Of a stretch of DNA of 64,000 nt, positions 55,553 to 64,000 are shown piece after piece. Source of the stretch: an uncultured Chloroflexia bacterium (lineage in GTDB: Bacteria; Chloroflexota; Limnocylindria; Limnocylindrales; CSP1-4); the NCBI GenBank assembly GCA_963743855.1, contig CAVURK010000004.1, positions 119,347-183,346 on the forward strand, in the 5' to 3' direction. Within the stretch, counting starts at the first letter, position 1. Each line of letters opens with the position of its first letter. The notes under the pieces are model-generated. The model was not told the DNA's origin. It did no database searches and saw nothing but the letters and a program-made list of their open reading frames with translations. Position numbers and translations under genes: made by a program.

Positions 55553-56466
55553 GCCCGGCTCCGGACGGCGCGGAGCAGCGCCGGGGCGTAGTCGGCCATC
55601 GCGTCCGGCCAGGATCGCATCGGCTCGCCCGTCGGCAGCGGTGTCTGGGCCAGGACGCCCCAGCGGGGGACGCGCGACGGCCTGGTCCAGGTCGCGGCAG
55701 GGACGTCCACGACCTCGATGTCCAGCTCGGCGCGGCCGACCACGTAGCGCGCCCATTGGGACCGTGTCGCGAACAGCCCGTTGACGAGGTGATGGATGCC
55801 AGCCGTGGCGTCCTCGGCCAGCAGCCCGACGATGGCCTCGGCGACATCCGCCGTGTAGGTCGGCGTCCCCCACTCGTCCGAGACGACCCGGAGCGGCTCG
55901 CCGGCTGCCCGGGCTCGCTCCACTGCGTCGAGGATCCGGCTCGGGTAGTCGCGGCCCGGCGACCCGAACAGCCATGCGGTCCGGGCGATCCCGAGGACGC
56001 CGCCCCGGGCTGTCCCAGGCGAAGCCTCGAATGCAAGCGTCGCCAGGCGCTCACCCTCGGCCTTCGATGCGCCGTACGGGTTCGCGGGCGAGACCGGGTC
56101 GGTCGCGAGATACGGATGACCATCGAGCCGGTCGCCGTCGAAGACCTCGTTCGTCGAGATCATCAGCAGGTCGACGCCGCGCGCTGCGCAGGCCGCGGCG
56201 AGCACCCCGGTCGCGACCGCGTTCCGACGCAGGGCAAGCTCCGGGTCGAGCGCGCAGCCGTCGACGTCGGTCCAGGCCGCGGCGTGGACGACGACCTCGG
56301 GTCGGTCGCGGTCGAGCCGCGAGCCGATCCCCTCCGGGGCGTCGAGATCGAACGCGTCTCGTCGCCAGGCGGTCGGCCCGGTCGCGCCGGTGAACGGGGC
56401 GTCCGCGAGCGCCGCGATGAGGGCACTGCCCAGGCGTCCGGCAGCACCGGTGACGGCGACACGCAT
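55549..56466 (-). CDS. rmlD: dTDP-4-dehydrorhamnose reductase
   Basis: MRVAVTGAAGRLGSAL...VVHAAAWTDVDGCALDPELALRRNAVATGVLAAACAARGVDLLMISTNEVFDG...ANPYGASKAEGE. Start at ATG 56466, overlapping the rmlB stop. Confidence 0.85.
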   Translation of the reverse strand: MRVAVTGAAGRLGSALIAALADAPFTGATGPTAWRRDAFDLDAPEGIGSRLDRDRPEVVVHAAAWTDVDGCALDPELALRRNAVATGVLAAACAARGVDLLMISTNEVFDGDRLDGHPYLATDPVSPANPYGASKAEGERLATLAFEASPGTARGGVLGIARTAWLFGSPGRDYPSRILDAVERARAAGEPLRVVSDEWGTPTYTADVAEAIVGLLAEDATAGIHHLVNGLFATRSQWARYVVGRAELDIEVVDVPAATWTRPSRVPRWGVLAQTPLPTGEPMRSWPDAMADYAPALLRAVRSRA

Positions 56467-57572
56467 CAGCCGGGCGAGCCGGGGCGCCCGGCCGGGTCCG
56501 GCGCGGGACCGTTGACGGTCGCCGCCTGCCCGGTCGCGAGCCGACCGGCGTACTGCCGCGCATACCAGCTGTCCCAGTCGCCCGATCGGGCCGCGCGCCA
56601 CCACGCTTCGTTCGCCTGGTACCAGGCGACCGTCCGGGCCAGGCCGTCCTCGAACGAGGTCGCCGGTCGCCAGCCGAGCGCCGCCACCTTGGCGTCATCC
56701 ATCGCGTAGCGCCGGTCGTGCCCGAGCCGATCGTCGACCTGCATCACCAGCGACCACGGCTTGCCGAGGAGCTCGAGGAGGAGCGCCACCACCTCACGAT
56801 TGGTCCGCTCCGACCCGCCGGCCAGGTTGTAGGTCTGGCCGGAGGCGCCGTGGCGGAGCACGTGATCGATCGCGCCAGCGTGGTCGCCGACATACAGCCA
56901 CTCGCGCCGTTGGAGCCCATCGCCGTAGAGCGGGAGCGCCCGATCGTCGATGGCGTTGGTGATGAACAACGGGATGAGCTTCTCGGGGTGGTGATACGGG
57001 CCGTAGGTGTTCGAGCCGCGGGTCACGACGGCATCGACCCCGTGGGTCGCGACGTAGCTCCCGACGAGCAGCTCGCCTGCCGCCTTGGCCGCGGCGTAGG
57101 GCGAGCGAGGCGCAAGGCGGTCGTCCTCGGTGGCCCGCCCCTCGTCGATCGAGCCGTAGACCTCGTCGGTCGACACCTGCAGGAAGCGCGGCGCGCCGGG
57201 CGCGATGCGGCACGCCTCGAGCAGGACATGGACGCCGACCACACCGGTGGCGAGGAACGCCTCCGGATCGAGGATCGAGCGATCGACGTGCGATTCGGCC
57301 GCGAAGTTGAGGACGGCGTCGGCGTCCGCGACGAGCGGCGCGACGACGGTCGGGTCGGCGATGTCGCCGCGGACGAATGCGTACCGTGCCGCCATCTCGG
57401 GGTCGTCGCGGACGGGGGCCAGGTTCGCCTCGTTGCCGGCATAGGTCAGCTTGTCGAGGACCGTGATCCGGGTCCCGTCTCGGCGGGCCAGCACGTCACG
57501 GACGTAGCACGATCCGATGAAGCCGGCGCCACCGGTCACGAGCAGGTGGTCGAACCGTCGCCCCGTCGTCAC
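56466..57572 (-). CDS. rmlB: dTDP-glucose 4,6-dehydratase
   Basis: LLVTGGAGFIGSCYVR...LDKLTYAGNEANL...FVRGDIAD...NFAAESHVDRSI...STDEVYGS...SPYAAAKAAGELL...NTYGPYHHPEKLIPLFITNA. Start placed at GTG 57572, 4 nt after the rmlA stop. Confidence 0.9.
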   Translation of the reverse strand: MTTGRRFDHLLVTGGAGFIGSCYVRDVLARRDGTRITVLDKLTYAGNEANLAPVRDDPEMAARYAFVRGDIADPTVVAPLVADADAVLNFAAESHVDRSILDPEAFLATGVVGVHVLLEACRIAPGAPRFLQVSTDEVYGSIDEGRATEDDRLAPRSPYAAAKAAGELLVGSYVATHGVDAVVTRGSNTYGPYHHPEKLIPLFITNAIDDRALPLYGDGLQRREWLYVGDHAGAIDHVLRHGASGQTYNLAGGSERTNREVVALLLELLGKPWSLVMQVDDRLGHDRRYAMDDAKVAALGWRPATSFEDGLARTVAWYQANEAWWRAARSGDWDSWYARQYAGRLATGQAATVNGPAPDPAGRPGSPG

Positions 57573-57576
57573 GCCC

Positions 57577-58338
57577 TCACCCGACCGGGCGGCTGACCGG
57601 TGGCGACAGGTGCCCGGCCGCGTCATCGGCGGCAGCCAGCTCGGCCGCCCGGAGCAATGACGGGACGGTCCCGGCGTCGGCCCAGTGGCCCTCGTAGACG
57701 GGGCTGTAGAGACGCCGGTCGGGGATGTAGTGGTTGAGGACGTCGGTGATCTCGAGCTCGCCGCGGCCGGACGGCTGCAGGTGCCCGATGACGTCGAATG
57801 CGTCCGGGCGCAGGAAGTAGACGCCGATCGGGATCAGGTCGCTCTTCGGATGCTCGGGCTTCTCCTCGAAGCCGACGACGTGGCCGTCCGGGCCGAGCTC
57901 CGCGACCCCGAACCGCTCCGGGTCCGGGACCCGATAGAGCAGCGTCCCGGCGCCGTACGGTCCGTCCTCGAAGGCGCTCGCCACGTCCGCCAGCGCCGGC
58001 CCGCGCAGGATGTTGTCGCCGAGCACGCAGCAGAACGCATCGTCACCGACGAAGTCGCGGGCCAGGCCGATGGCGTGGGCGATCCCGAGGGCGCCCGGCT
58101 GGTAGCGATAGGTCAGGTCGATCCCGAACGCCGAGCCATCGCCCAGCAGCTCGACGACGTCGCCGACGCTCTTGCCACCGACGATGACCATCACCTCGCG
58201 GATCCCCATCCGGGCGAGGGTCTCGATCGGGTAGTAGATCATCGGCCGGTCGTAGATCGGCAGGAGATGCTTGTTGGTGACGATCGTGAGCGGGTAGAGC
58301 CGGGTGGCTGTCCCACCGGCGAGGACGATGCCCTTCAT
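57577..58338 (-). CDS. rmlA: Glucose-1-phosphate thymidylyltransferase (short form)
   Basis: MKGIVLAGGTATRLYPLTIVTNKHLLPIYDRPMIYYPIETL...YQPGALGIAHAIGLARDFVG...VLGDNI...FGVAELG...EKPEHPKSDLIPIGVYF. ATG at 58338. Confidence 0.85.
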   Translation of the reverse strand: MKGIVLAGGTATRLYPLTIVTNKHLLPIYDRPMIYYPIETLARMGIREVMVIVGGKSVGDVVELLGDGSAFGIDLTYRYQPGALGIAHAIGLARDFVGDDAFCCVLGDNILRGPALADVASAFEDGPYGAGTLLYRVPDPERFGVAELGPDGHVVGFEEKPEHPKSDLIPIGVYFLRPDAFDVIGHLQPSGRGELEITDVLNHYIPDRRLYSPVYEGHWADAGTVPSLLRAAELAAADDAAGHLSPPVSRPVG

Positions 58339-58390
58339 CGTCGGGAAGCGTAGCAGTCGGGCCCTGCCGGCACGACCGGTCGACCGAGGG

Positions 58391-59359
58391 TCAGGGCTTG
58401 GCCGTCGGCGCGTGCGTCGGGGTGGCCGCCGGGCTCGGTGAGATGCAGGGCTGCTCCCCTTGCGGCAGGACGCTGCCCGAGCAATCGATCGGCTGTTGCT
58501 CGATCGGTGGCAGCCCGCCCTGGTAGTCGGTGATGACCAGCAGGAACTCGAGCTTGTCGAGGTCGGCGGCGGGTTGGAGATAGGCCGTCTGGACGACATC
58601 GTTCGCGTCGCGCTTGACATCGACGACCTGGCCGATGAGCAGGCCCTTGGGATACGGCGAGCGGACGCCGCCGTCGAGGGCGATACCGGCCGTCACGACC
58701 TCGTCGCCCGGCGCGACCTTCTCGGTCGAGTCGATCTGGCTCATGGTGAGGACGCCGCCGAGCTGGCCGACGACCTCGCCGGTCGCCGCGTTCGTGGTCA
58801 GCTGGCCGATGACCGTCGATTCACTGTCGGTCAACAGGACGACCGTGGCGCTCGACGGGCCGACCTCGGTGACACGGCCGGCCAGCGCGCCACCGGCCGC
58901 GACCGCCACGTCGCCGACCTCGATCCCGGCGTCGGTCCCCTTGTCGAGCACGACGAGCCGACGGAACTCCGAAGACTCCCGGGCGATGACGGTCGCCGCC
59001 GCGGTCTTGAGCTCGAACCCGGCCCGCAGCTGGAGGAGCGCTGTCAGCTGGTCATTCTCGCGGCGGACCTCCTGGAGCCGGGCATTCTCCGTGGTCAGGC
59101 GCTCGTTCTCCGCACGCAGCGAGGCGTTGTCGACGCGCAGGCGGTCGATCTCGCCGATCGAGGCGACCACCGAGGCGATGCCGCTGGCCGCCTGGTCGAG
59201 GCCTGACTGGATCGGTCGGAAGGCGAAGCCGATCCCGTTCTGGACATCGCGCACGGCCGGGTTCGACGAGAAGGCCATCAGCAGGACGGTGACGAGGAGC
59301 AGCACGATGAAGACGATCCCGCGACGTCGGGCGGCGCGGGTCGCGAGGATGGCGGTCAT
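58391..59359 (-). CDS. mreC: Rod shape-determining protein MreC
   Basis: N-terminal TM (IVFIVLLLVTVLLMAF), coiled coil (LRVDNASLRAENERLTTENARLQEVRRENDQL), beta-barrel domains (VIARESSEFRRLVVLDKGTDAGIEVGDVAVAAGGALAGRVTEVGPSSATVVLLTDSES...GDEVVTAG...SPYPKGLLIGQV). Confidence 0.85.
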   Translation of the reverse strand: MTAILATRAARRRGIVFIVLLLVTVLLMAFSSNPAVRDVQNGIGFAFRPIQSGLDQAASGIASVVASIGEIDRLRVDNASLRAENERLTTENARLQEVRRENDQLTALLQLRAGFELKTAAATVIARESSEFRRLVVLDKGTDAGIEVGDVAVAAGGALAGRVTEVGPSSATVVLLTDSESTVIGQLTTNAATGEVVGQLGGVLTMSQIDSTEKVAPGDEVVTAGIALDGGVRSPYPKGLLIGQVVDVKRDANDVVQTAYLQPAADLDKLEFLLVITDYQGGLPPIEQQPIDCSGSVLPQGEQPCISPSPAATPTHAPTAKP

Positions 59360-59397
59360 GTCGGTCGCGTTCGGTCGGTGTCGCTAGCGGTCGCCGG

Positions 59398-60450
59398 TCA
59401 GCGCGGCGGCCGCGAATAGGTCTCGGAGACGAGGACGCGCGCCATCTTGTCGAGGTCCTGGAGGACGACGCCCGTCCCCCGCGCGACGCAGGTCAGCGGG
59501 TCGTCCGCGATATGGACCGGCATCTGGGTCGCCTCGGCGACACGCCGATCGAGACCGGCCAGCAGCGCACCGCCGCCGGCCAGGACGATGCCTTGGTCCA
59601 TGATGTCGGCGACCAGCTCGGGCGGGGTCTCCTCGATCGTGTCCTTGACGGTGTCGACGATCTGCTGGACGGATGGCTCGATCGCCTCGCGGATCTGGTC
59701 CGCGCCGACCTCGACGCTCCGGGGAAGACCGGTCAGCAGGTCGCGACCGCGGAGTGCGACGCGCTGGGCGTCCCATTCACCTGGGTAGGCCGAGCCGATG
59801 GCGATCTTGATGTCCTCCGCCGTTCGCTCGCCAAGGAACAAGTTGTACTCGCGGCGGGCGAACGTGACGATGTCCTGGTCCATCTCGTCGCCACCGATCC
59901 GGATGCTCCGGCTGACCACGATGCCGCCGAGCGAGATGACCGCCACCTCGGTGGTCCCGCCACCGATGTCGACGATGAGCGAGCCGGACGGCTCGCTGAC
60001 CGGGAGCCCGGCACCGATCGCCGCCGCCATCGGCTCCTCGATGAGACCGGCCCACCGGGCGCCGGCGTTGAGCGCGGCGTCGCGGACCGCTCGCTTCTCG
60101 ACCTCGGTGACCCCCGACGGGATGCCGAGGAGCATCCGTGGACGGGCGATCGTGCCGACCCGGTCGTGGACCTTGTCGACGAAGTACTTGATCATCTGCT
60201 CGGTCACGTCGAAGTCACTGATGACGCCGTCGCGCAGCGGGCGGACCGCGATGATGTTGGCCGGGGTCCGGCCGACCATCCGCTTGGCCTCCGCCCCGAC
60301 CGCGAGGACCCGCTTCGTCTTGGCGTCGATCGCGACGACCGATGGCTCGCTCATGACGATCCCGCGGTCCCGGACGTGAACCAGCGTGTTGGCGGTCCCG
60401 AGGTCGATCCCGATGTCGCGGGAGAAGAGGCCGAGGATCCGGTCGAGCAT
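59398..60450 (-). CDS. mreB: Rod shape-determining actin homologue MreB
   Basis: DIGIDLGTANTLV...SEPSVVAI...AVGAEAKRMVGRTPANIIAVRPLRDGVISDFDVTEQMIKYF...DIGGGTTEVAVISLGGIV...GGDEMDQDIV...GIVLAGGGALLAGLD. Full-length at 350 aa. Confidence 0.95.
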   Translation of the reverse strand: MLDRILGLFSRDIGIDLGTANTLVHVRDRGIVMSEPSVVAIDAKTKRVLAVGAEAKRMVGRTPANIIAVRPLRDGVISDFDVTEQMIKYFVDKVHDRVGTIARPRMLLGIPSGVTEVEKRAVRDAALNAGARWAGLIEEPMAAAIGAGLPVSEPSGSLIVDIGGGTTEVAVISLGGIVVSRSIRIGGDEMDQDIVTFARREYNLFLGERTAEDIKIAIGSAYPGEWDAQRVALRGRDLLTGLPRSVEVGADQIREAIEPSVQQIVDTVKDTIEETPPELVADIMDQGIVLAGGGALLAGLDRRVAEATQMPVHIADDPLTCVARGTGVVLQDLDKMARVLVSETYSRPPR

Positions 60451-60602
60451 CTGCAGGTGGCGTCCTTCGTGGTGGGTCGCTTGCGGTGGTCGCGGACGGG
60501 GGCGCGGGCATCGCCGGTATCGGGCGCATCGCGCGGATCCAGGCCGGGTCGGGCGGGCAGCCCGGGCAGTATACCCGGTCGTTCAGGGGCGACCGGAGCG
60601 GC

Positions 60603-61016
60603 CTACTTGAAGGTCATCGTGGAGGCGTCCATGGTCGTGATCGTGAGCACGCCGCTCTTGATCGAGTAGTTGGCGGAAGTGCTGAGGGTGGCGATGAAGA
60701 CCGTCCCGAGCGACCCCTCGGGGCAGGCGACCAGGGTGCTCGGGCCCGGCGTGATCGTGAGGCCGTTGGACGCGGTCGCGACGTAGGAGCCGCCGACCTG
60801 GTTGCAATCGGCCTTGGACGAGAACGTGTTGTCGGACTTGAACTCGATGGTGTAGTTCGCCTGCTCGGCGTCGGGCACGACCGTCTGCGAGGTCGGCGCC
60901 GTCGTCGTCATCGCCGTCCATTGCCAGGCCTTGCCGGTCAGCGAGCTTCCCGACGAACAGCCGGCGGCCACGAGCGTGGCGCCAAGGACGACGACGATGA
61001 GCACGAGCCTGCGCAT
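60603..61016 (-). CDS. META-domain (HslJ-like) lipoprotein
   Basis: Lipobox LVAAGC. LTGKAWQW...YTIEFKSDNTFSSKADCNQVGGSY...LTITPGPSTLVACPE...FIATLSTSANYSIKSGVLTI matches the META/DUF306 pattern. Confidence 0.75.
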   Translation of the reverse strand: MRRLVLIVVVLGATLVAAGCSSGSSLTGKAWQWTAMTTTAPTSQTVVPDAEQANYTIEFKSDNTFSSKADCNQVGGSYVATASNGLTITPGPSTLVACPEGSLGTVFIATLSTSANYSIKSGVLTITTMDASTMTFK

Positions 61017-61079
61017 GGATTCCCCCCGTTGCGTTCTGGTCGACCGACCGATGATACCGGGCGGCTTCGGCCGCGATCC

Positions 61080-61871
61080 TCAGTCGACGGCGCGGGCCCC
61101 CGCTGCCGGCCGGTCGAACGCGACGCCGCGATCGCGGAGCGAAACGTAGGCGTCGTGACCGATCACGAGATGATCGAGCAGCTGGATGTCGAGAAGGCGA
61201 CCCGCCGCGAGGGCCTCAGCGGTGAGGTGGAGATCGTCCGGGGACGGCGTCGGATCCCCGGACGGATGGTTGTGGACGAGGATGACGCCGGCCGCATTGA
61301 GCCGGACGGCGTCGCGGAACAGCTCGCCCACCCGGACCAGCGACGACGACACGTTGCCCTGGTAGACGGTCGCCACCCGGAGGACGTGGTTCTTGGTGTC
61401 GAGCATCACCACGCGCAGCTCCTCGCGTTCGAGACGGCCCATCTGGAGGATCAGCCGATCGGCGACATCGTGCGGGCCACGGATCGTCCAGCGCGACGAT
61501 GGCCAGTCCGCCAGCAGCCGGCGACCGAGCTCGAACGCGGCGACGAGCTGGGCGGAACGGGCCGCGCCGACCCCGCTGACCGCCGCCAGCTCCAGCTCCG
61601 TGGCACGCGCCAGACCGGTCAGCCCGTCATGGCGCGCCAGGGCATCGGCGGCAAGGTCCACTGCCGATCGGCCACGCGTCCCCGAACCCCAGATGAGCGC
61701 GATCAGCTCCGCGGACGTGAGGCCGCCGACGCCCCGCACCGCGAGCCGTTCGCGGGGGCGTTCGCCGAGCGGGACCTCGCGGATCCGGCGGCCGCGGCGC
61801 CCCGCCTCGCCTCCCAGCTCCGCCGACGTTTCGGGCGAACCGGCCACGCGACACCTCCGGGGCGGACACAC
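61080..61871 (-). CDS. radC: RadC-family JAB/MPN domain protein
   Basis: ERPRERLAVRGVGGLTSAELIALIWGSGTRGRSAVDLA...GVGAARSAQLVAAFELGRR... and the JAMM motif VILVHNHPSGDPTPSPDD. The start is uncertain; the first ~25 aa of the longest ORF look non-native. Confidence 0.85.
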   Translation of the reverse strand: MCPPRRCRVAGSPETSAELGGEAGRRGRRIREVPLGERPRERLAVRGVGGLTSAELIALIWGSGTRGRSAVDLAADALARHDGLTGLARATELELAAVSGVGAARSAQLVAAFELGRRLLADWPSSRWTIRGPHDVADRLILQMGRLEREELRVVMLDTKNHVLRVATVYQGNVSSSLVRVGELFRDAVRLNAAGVILVHNHPSGDPTPSPDDLHLTAEALAAGRLLDIQLLDHLVIGHDAYVSLRDRGVAFDRPAAGARAVD

Positions 61872-62041
61872 GGTAGCGGTCGGGCGTCCCCGGGCCCGAA
61901 CGACGGGAGCCCGCCGATTCCCCCCGCCATCCGGACCTCGAGGACAGTGCGCAGACTACCGACAGGCCCTCACCGGAGGCTCAACCCGGGGTGCACCACG
62001 GCTCACCGCGTCCACCCTGGCGTCGTCGGGCGCGGTGATCC

Positions 62042-63163
62042 TCAGAGGGAGCGGCTGGCGATCTCGGCGATGACCAGCAGGATGCCGTTGAACGTGGCGT
62101 GCAGCCCGAACGAGGCCCACATCGTGCGACGCTGGACGAAGAGCACGCCGAGTGCGAGAGCGATCGGGATCCGTGAGCCGAACCCGACGACGGCCAGACC
62201 GAATGCCTCGCCCGCCGACGAACCCGAGACGGTCAGGACGTGGGCGAACGCGAAGACGAGCGCTGTCTGGATGATGCCGCGCCGGAGGCCCATCCCACGC
62301 ACCCAGGCCGTCGTCGCGAAGGCGCGGAACAGGATCTCCTCGCCGAACGGGGCGACCAGCACCCCCGCCAGCAATGACAGGGCAAAGCCGAGCGCGTCAC
62401 CTGTCGGTGGCAACGGGCTGACCGGGGTGACCGGGAACACGGCCAACAGGACGTACGACACGACCACGGTCAGCCCGATGATCGGGATCGCCCACAATGC
62501 GCCTCCGCCGATCTCGGCCAGGGCCCTCCGGTCGAGGCGAAGGACGCCCATGTCGCGCCAGCTCAGCGCTCCCGTATCGACCACCAGGAGGCGGACGAGC
62601 CAGATATAGACGACGGCCTGGACCGTGACCGCGATCAGCGCCGCGAGCGGGCCGTCGAGCGGCATCCCGACCGCGGCGAGCGGCAAGGCGACGAGGACGC
62701 CGGCCAGGATCGAGACCGGCAGGACTGCCGCGAAGACGAGCCACGGCGACGGGCCGACGTACGGCAGGACGGCACGGACCCGGCGCTCGACGCCCTGCGA
62801 GCCGGCGGCCGAGATCAGGCCGATCGACAATGCCGCCAGCCCGACGATCAGCAGGACGCGAGCCGCGGTCGTGTCGCCGCTCATCACCGCGATCGCGATC
62901 ATGCCCAGGCCGAGGAGCGTCCCGAGCCAGCCGATCACGAACAACGCCGGAGCCGAGCGACCTTCGATGGTGAAGGTCGACGCCCCGAGCCGCGCTGGCG
63001 GGTCAGATGGCGGGACTGAAGGAACGACGCCTGATCCTGTCACGGCCGCCGCGTCGTCCCGTGTCGCGGGGACGATCGTCCCGGGTTCGAGGGTCGGGTC
63101 GGATCCGGTCGGGCCAGACGTCCCGCCCGGATCTGGGACGGGCGGTCGGTCGGACGAGCTCAA
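62042..63163 (-). CDS. CPBP-family intramembrane glutamic endopeptidase (CAAX protease/bacteriocin-processing type) with long N-terminal extension
   Basis: Motif 1 PFGEEILFRAF, motif 2 LVFAFAHV, motif 3 SFGLHATFNG. Multiple TM helices and a Pro/Ser-rich cytoplasmic N-terminus. Confidence 0.8.
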   Translation of the reverse strand: MSSSDRPPVPDPGGTSGPTGSDPTLEPGTIVPATRDDAAAVTGSGVVPSVPPSDPPARLGASTFTIEGRSAPALFVIGWLGTLLGLGMIAIAVMSGDTTAARVLLIVGLAALSIGLISAAGSQGVERRVRAVLPYVGPSPWLVFAAVLPVSILAGVLVALPLAAVGMPLDGPLAALIAVTVQAVVYIWLVRLLVVDTGALSWRDMGVLRLDRRALAEIGGGALWAIPIIGLTVVVSYVLLAVFPVTPVSPLPPTGDALGFALSLLAGVLVAPFGEEILFRAFATTAWVRGMGLRRGIIQTALVFAFAHVLTVSGSSAGEAFGLAVVGFGSRIPIALALGVLFVQRRTMWASFGLHATFNGILLVIAEIASRSL

Positions 63164-63843
63164 CGCTCGGGCAGCGGATCCTGCGCGGACGACGGGATCG
63201 CGCCCGGAACGGGGCGAGCCGGCGTCTGGTTGCGGATCGACGATGGGATGCTCGTCGGTGTCGTGGCGGTGCTTCCCCCACCGGCCGCCGCAGCGGCCGG
63301 GACGGTGATCCGACCGGTGGCCTCACGACCCTGCGGCAGGGCACCGATCGCGGCGGGGACCTCCCGGCGCTCGAAGTCCTTGCCGCACCAGGCGCACAGC
63401 GACCAGTCCATCCCCACCAGCCGGCTGCAGTTCGGACAGACGCGCTTCAGCCGTGTCCGGCAGGTCGGGCAGATGATCCACTCGTCGTCGATGCGGCGCT
63501 CGCACGTCGGGCAGTGGTGGATCGACTCGACCTCTGCGAGCAGAGCCTCTTCGGCAAGGTTCCGCTCCCAGGTCTCGCCGATCTTCTCGTGCGGTCGGAC
63601 GAGCTTGTAGATCCAGTAGGCGAAGACGAAGAAGATCGGGGTGAACAGGATGATGCCGGCGGCGGCGACGTACGGCAGGATCGGGTTGTCCGAGCGCTGC
63701 TGCATGTCGCGGAACGCCCAATACGCGCACGCCAGCCAGATGATGACGAGGTAGAGCCCGACGGCTCGCAGCCCGAACTGGACGATGTCACTCTTGAAGA
63801 TCGTGTTGAGCGAGTCCGCGATCGGCTGGAGAATCTGGTCCAT
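63160..63843 (-). CDS. Membrane protein with double zinc-ribbon domain
   Basis: Two N-terminal TM helices (LRAVGLYLVIIWLACAYWAF; YVAAAGIILFTPIFFVFAYWIY), then CPTCERRIDDEWIICPTCRTRLKRVCPNCSRLVGMDWSLCAWCG (four CxxC pairs). Its stop overlaps the CPBP start (ATGA). Confidence 0.65.
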   Translation of the reverse strand: MDQILQPIADSLNTIFKSDIVQFGLRAVGLYLVIIWLACAYWAFRDMQQRSDNPILPYVAAAGIILFTPIFFVFAYWIYKLVRPHEKIGETWERNLAEEALLAEVESIHHCPTCERRIDDEWIICPTCRTRLKRVCPNCSRLVGMDWSLCAWCGKDFERREVPAAIGALPQGREATGRITVPAAAAAGGGSTATTPTSIPSSIRNQTPARPVPGAIPSSAQDPLPER

Positions 63844-64000
63844 ACGTCTGGAGCGCTGCCTCCGTGGGCATCTGATCGGCCGGTCGAATGCCCGGTTCGG
63901 TCCGTTGCCCGGGCAGTGTAGCAGGGGCCGCTGTCAGCCTCGGGCGGCACCCGAGCCCTCAGACGGACGGCTCCTCCAGAGCGTGACGGGTCGCCCACGA

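Noticed and set aside
63959-64000. The 3' end of a minus-strand gene at the window edge (…SWATRHALEEPSV-TGA).
   Set aside because: Only 13 codons are visible. That is too short to support a call or to assign a family.

Overview
This is a very GC-rich, gene-dense chromosomal segment with most genes on the minus strand. I support about 60 protein genes and two tRNA-Pro genes (anticodons CGG and TGG). I found no rRNA, CRISPR array, transposase, integrase or phage gene.

The gene content suggests a monoderm, Actinomycetota-like bacterium. This is an inference from an OmpR/HK/GerMN-lipoprotein trio like MtrA-MtrB-LpqB, an F420-type LLM oxidoreductase, a polyprenol-phosphate mannosyltransferase-like GT2, an LCP protein and rph-rdgB.

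- **1-27 kb:** mixed housekeeping and regulatory genes. These include TetR, methyltransferases, beta-carbonic anhydrase, OsmC, a peptidoglycan glucosaminidase, the two-component system, an MFS transporter, type III glutamine synthetase, ResB, a trans-sulfuration PLP enzyme, a GGDEF protein, Lrp, LLM, LysE and a PucR regulator.
- **28.6-30.5 kb:** an orphan CpaF/TadA-type secretion ATPase carrying an in-frame C-terminal RidA/YjgF-like domain. I consider this the most unusual single gene in the window.
- **31.8-60.5 kb:** a long cell-envelope region. It holds an LCP ligase, mazG-rph-rdgB-LOG, a parvulin PPIase and a teichoic-acid-like locus (three TagF-family polyol-phosphate transferases, TarI-like cytidylyltransferase plus SDR reductase, TagG/TagH exporter). 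It continues with DUF3048, GT4, GT2, two large secreted proteins with FlgD-Ig-type repeats (one GH18, one with a caspase-like His/Cys pattern), rmlCDBA, mreC and mreB.
- **60.6-63.9 kb:** a META lipoprotein, radC, a CPBP protease and a zinc-ribbon membrane protein.

**Caveat:** about 17-18 otherwise conserved genes change reading frame internally. Because the GC content suppresses stop codons, several of these breaks are hidden inside long open ORFs. I read this mainly as assembly indels, but genuine pseudogenisation cannot be excluded from the sequence alone. Most long antisense or overlapping ORFs in the six-frame track are GC-richness artefacts.
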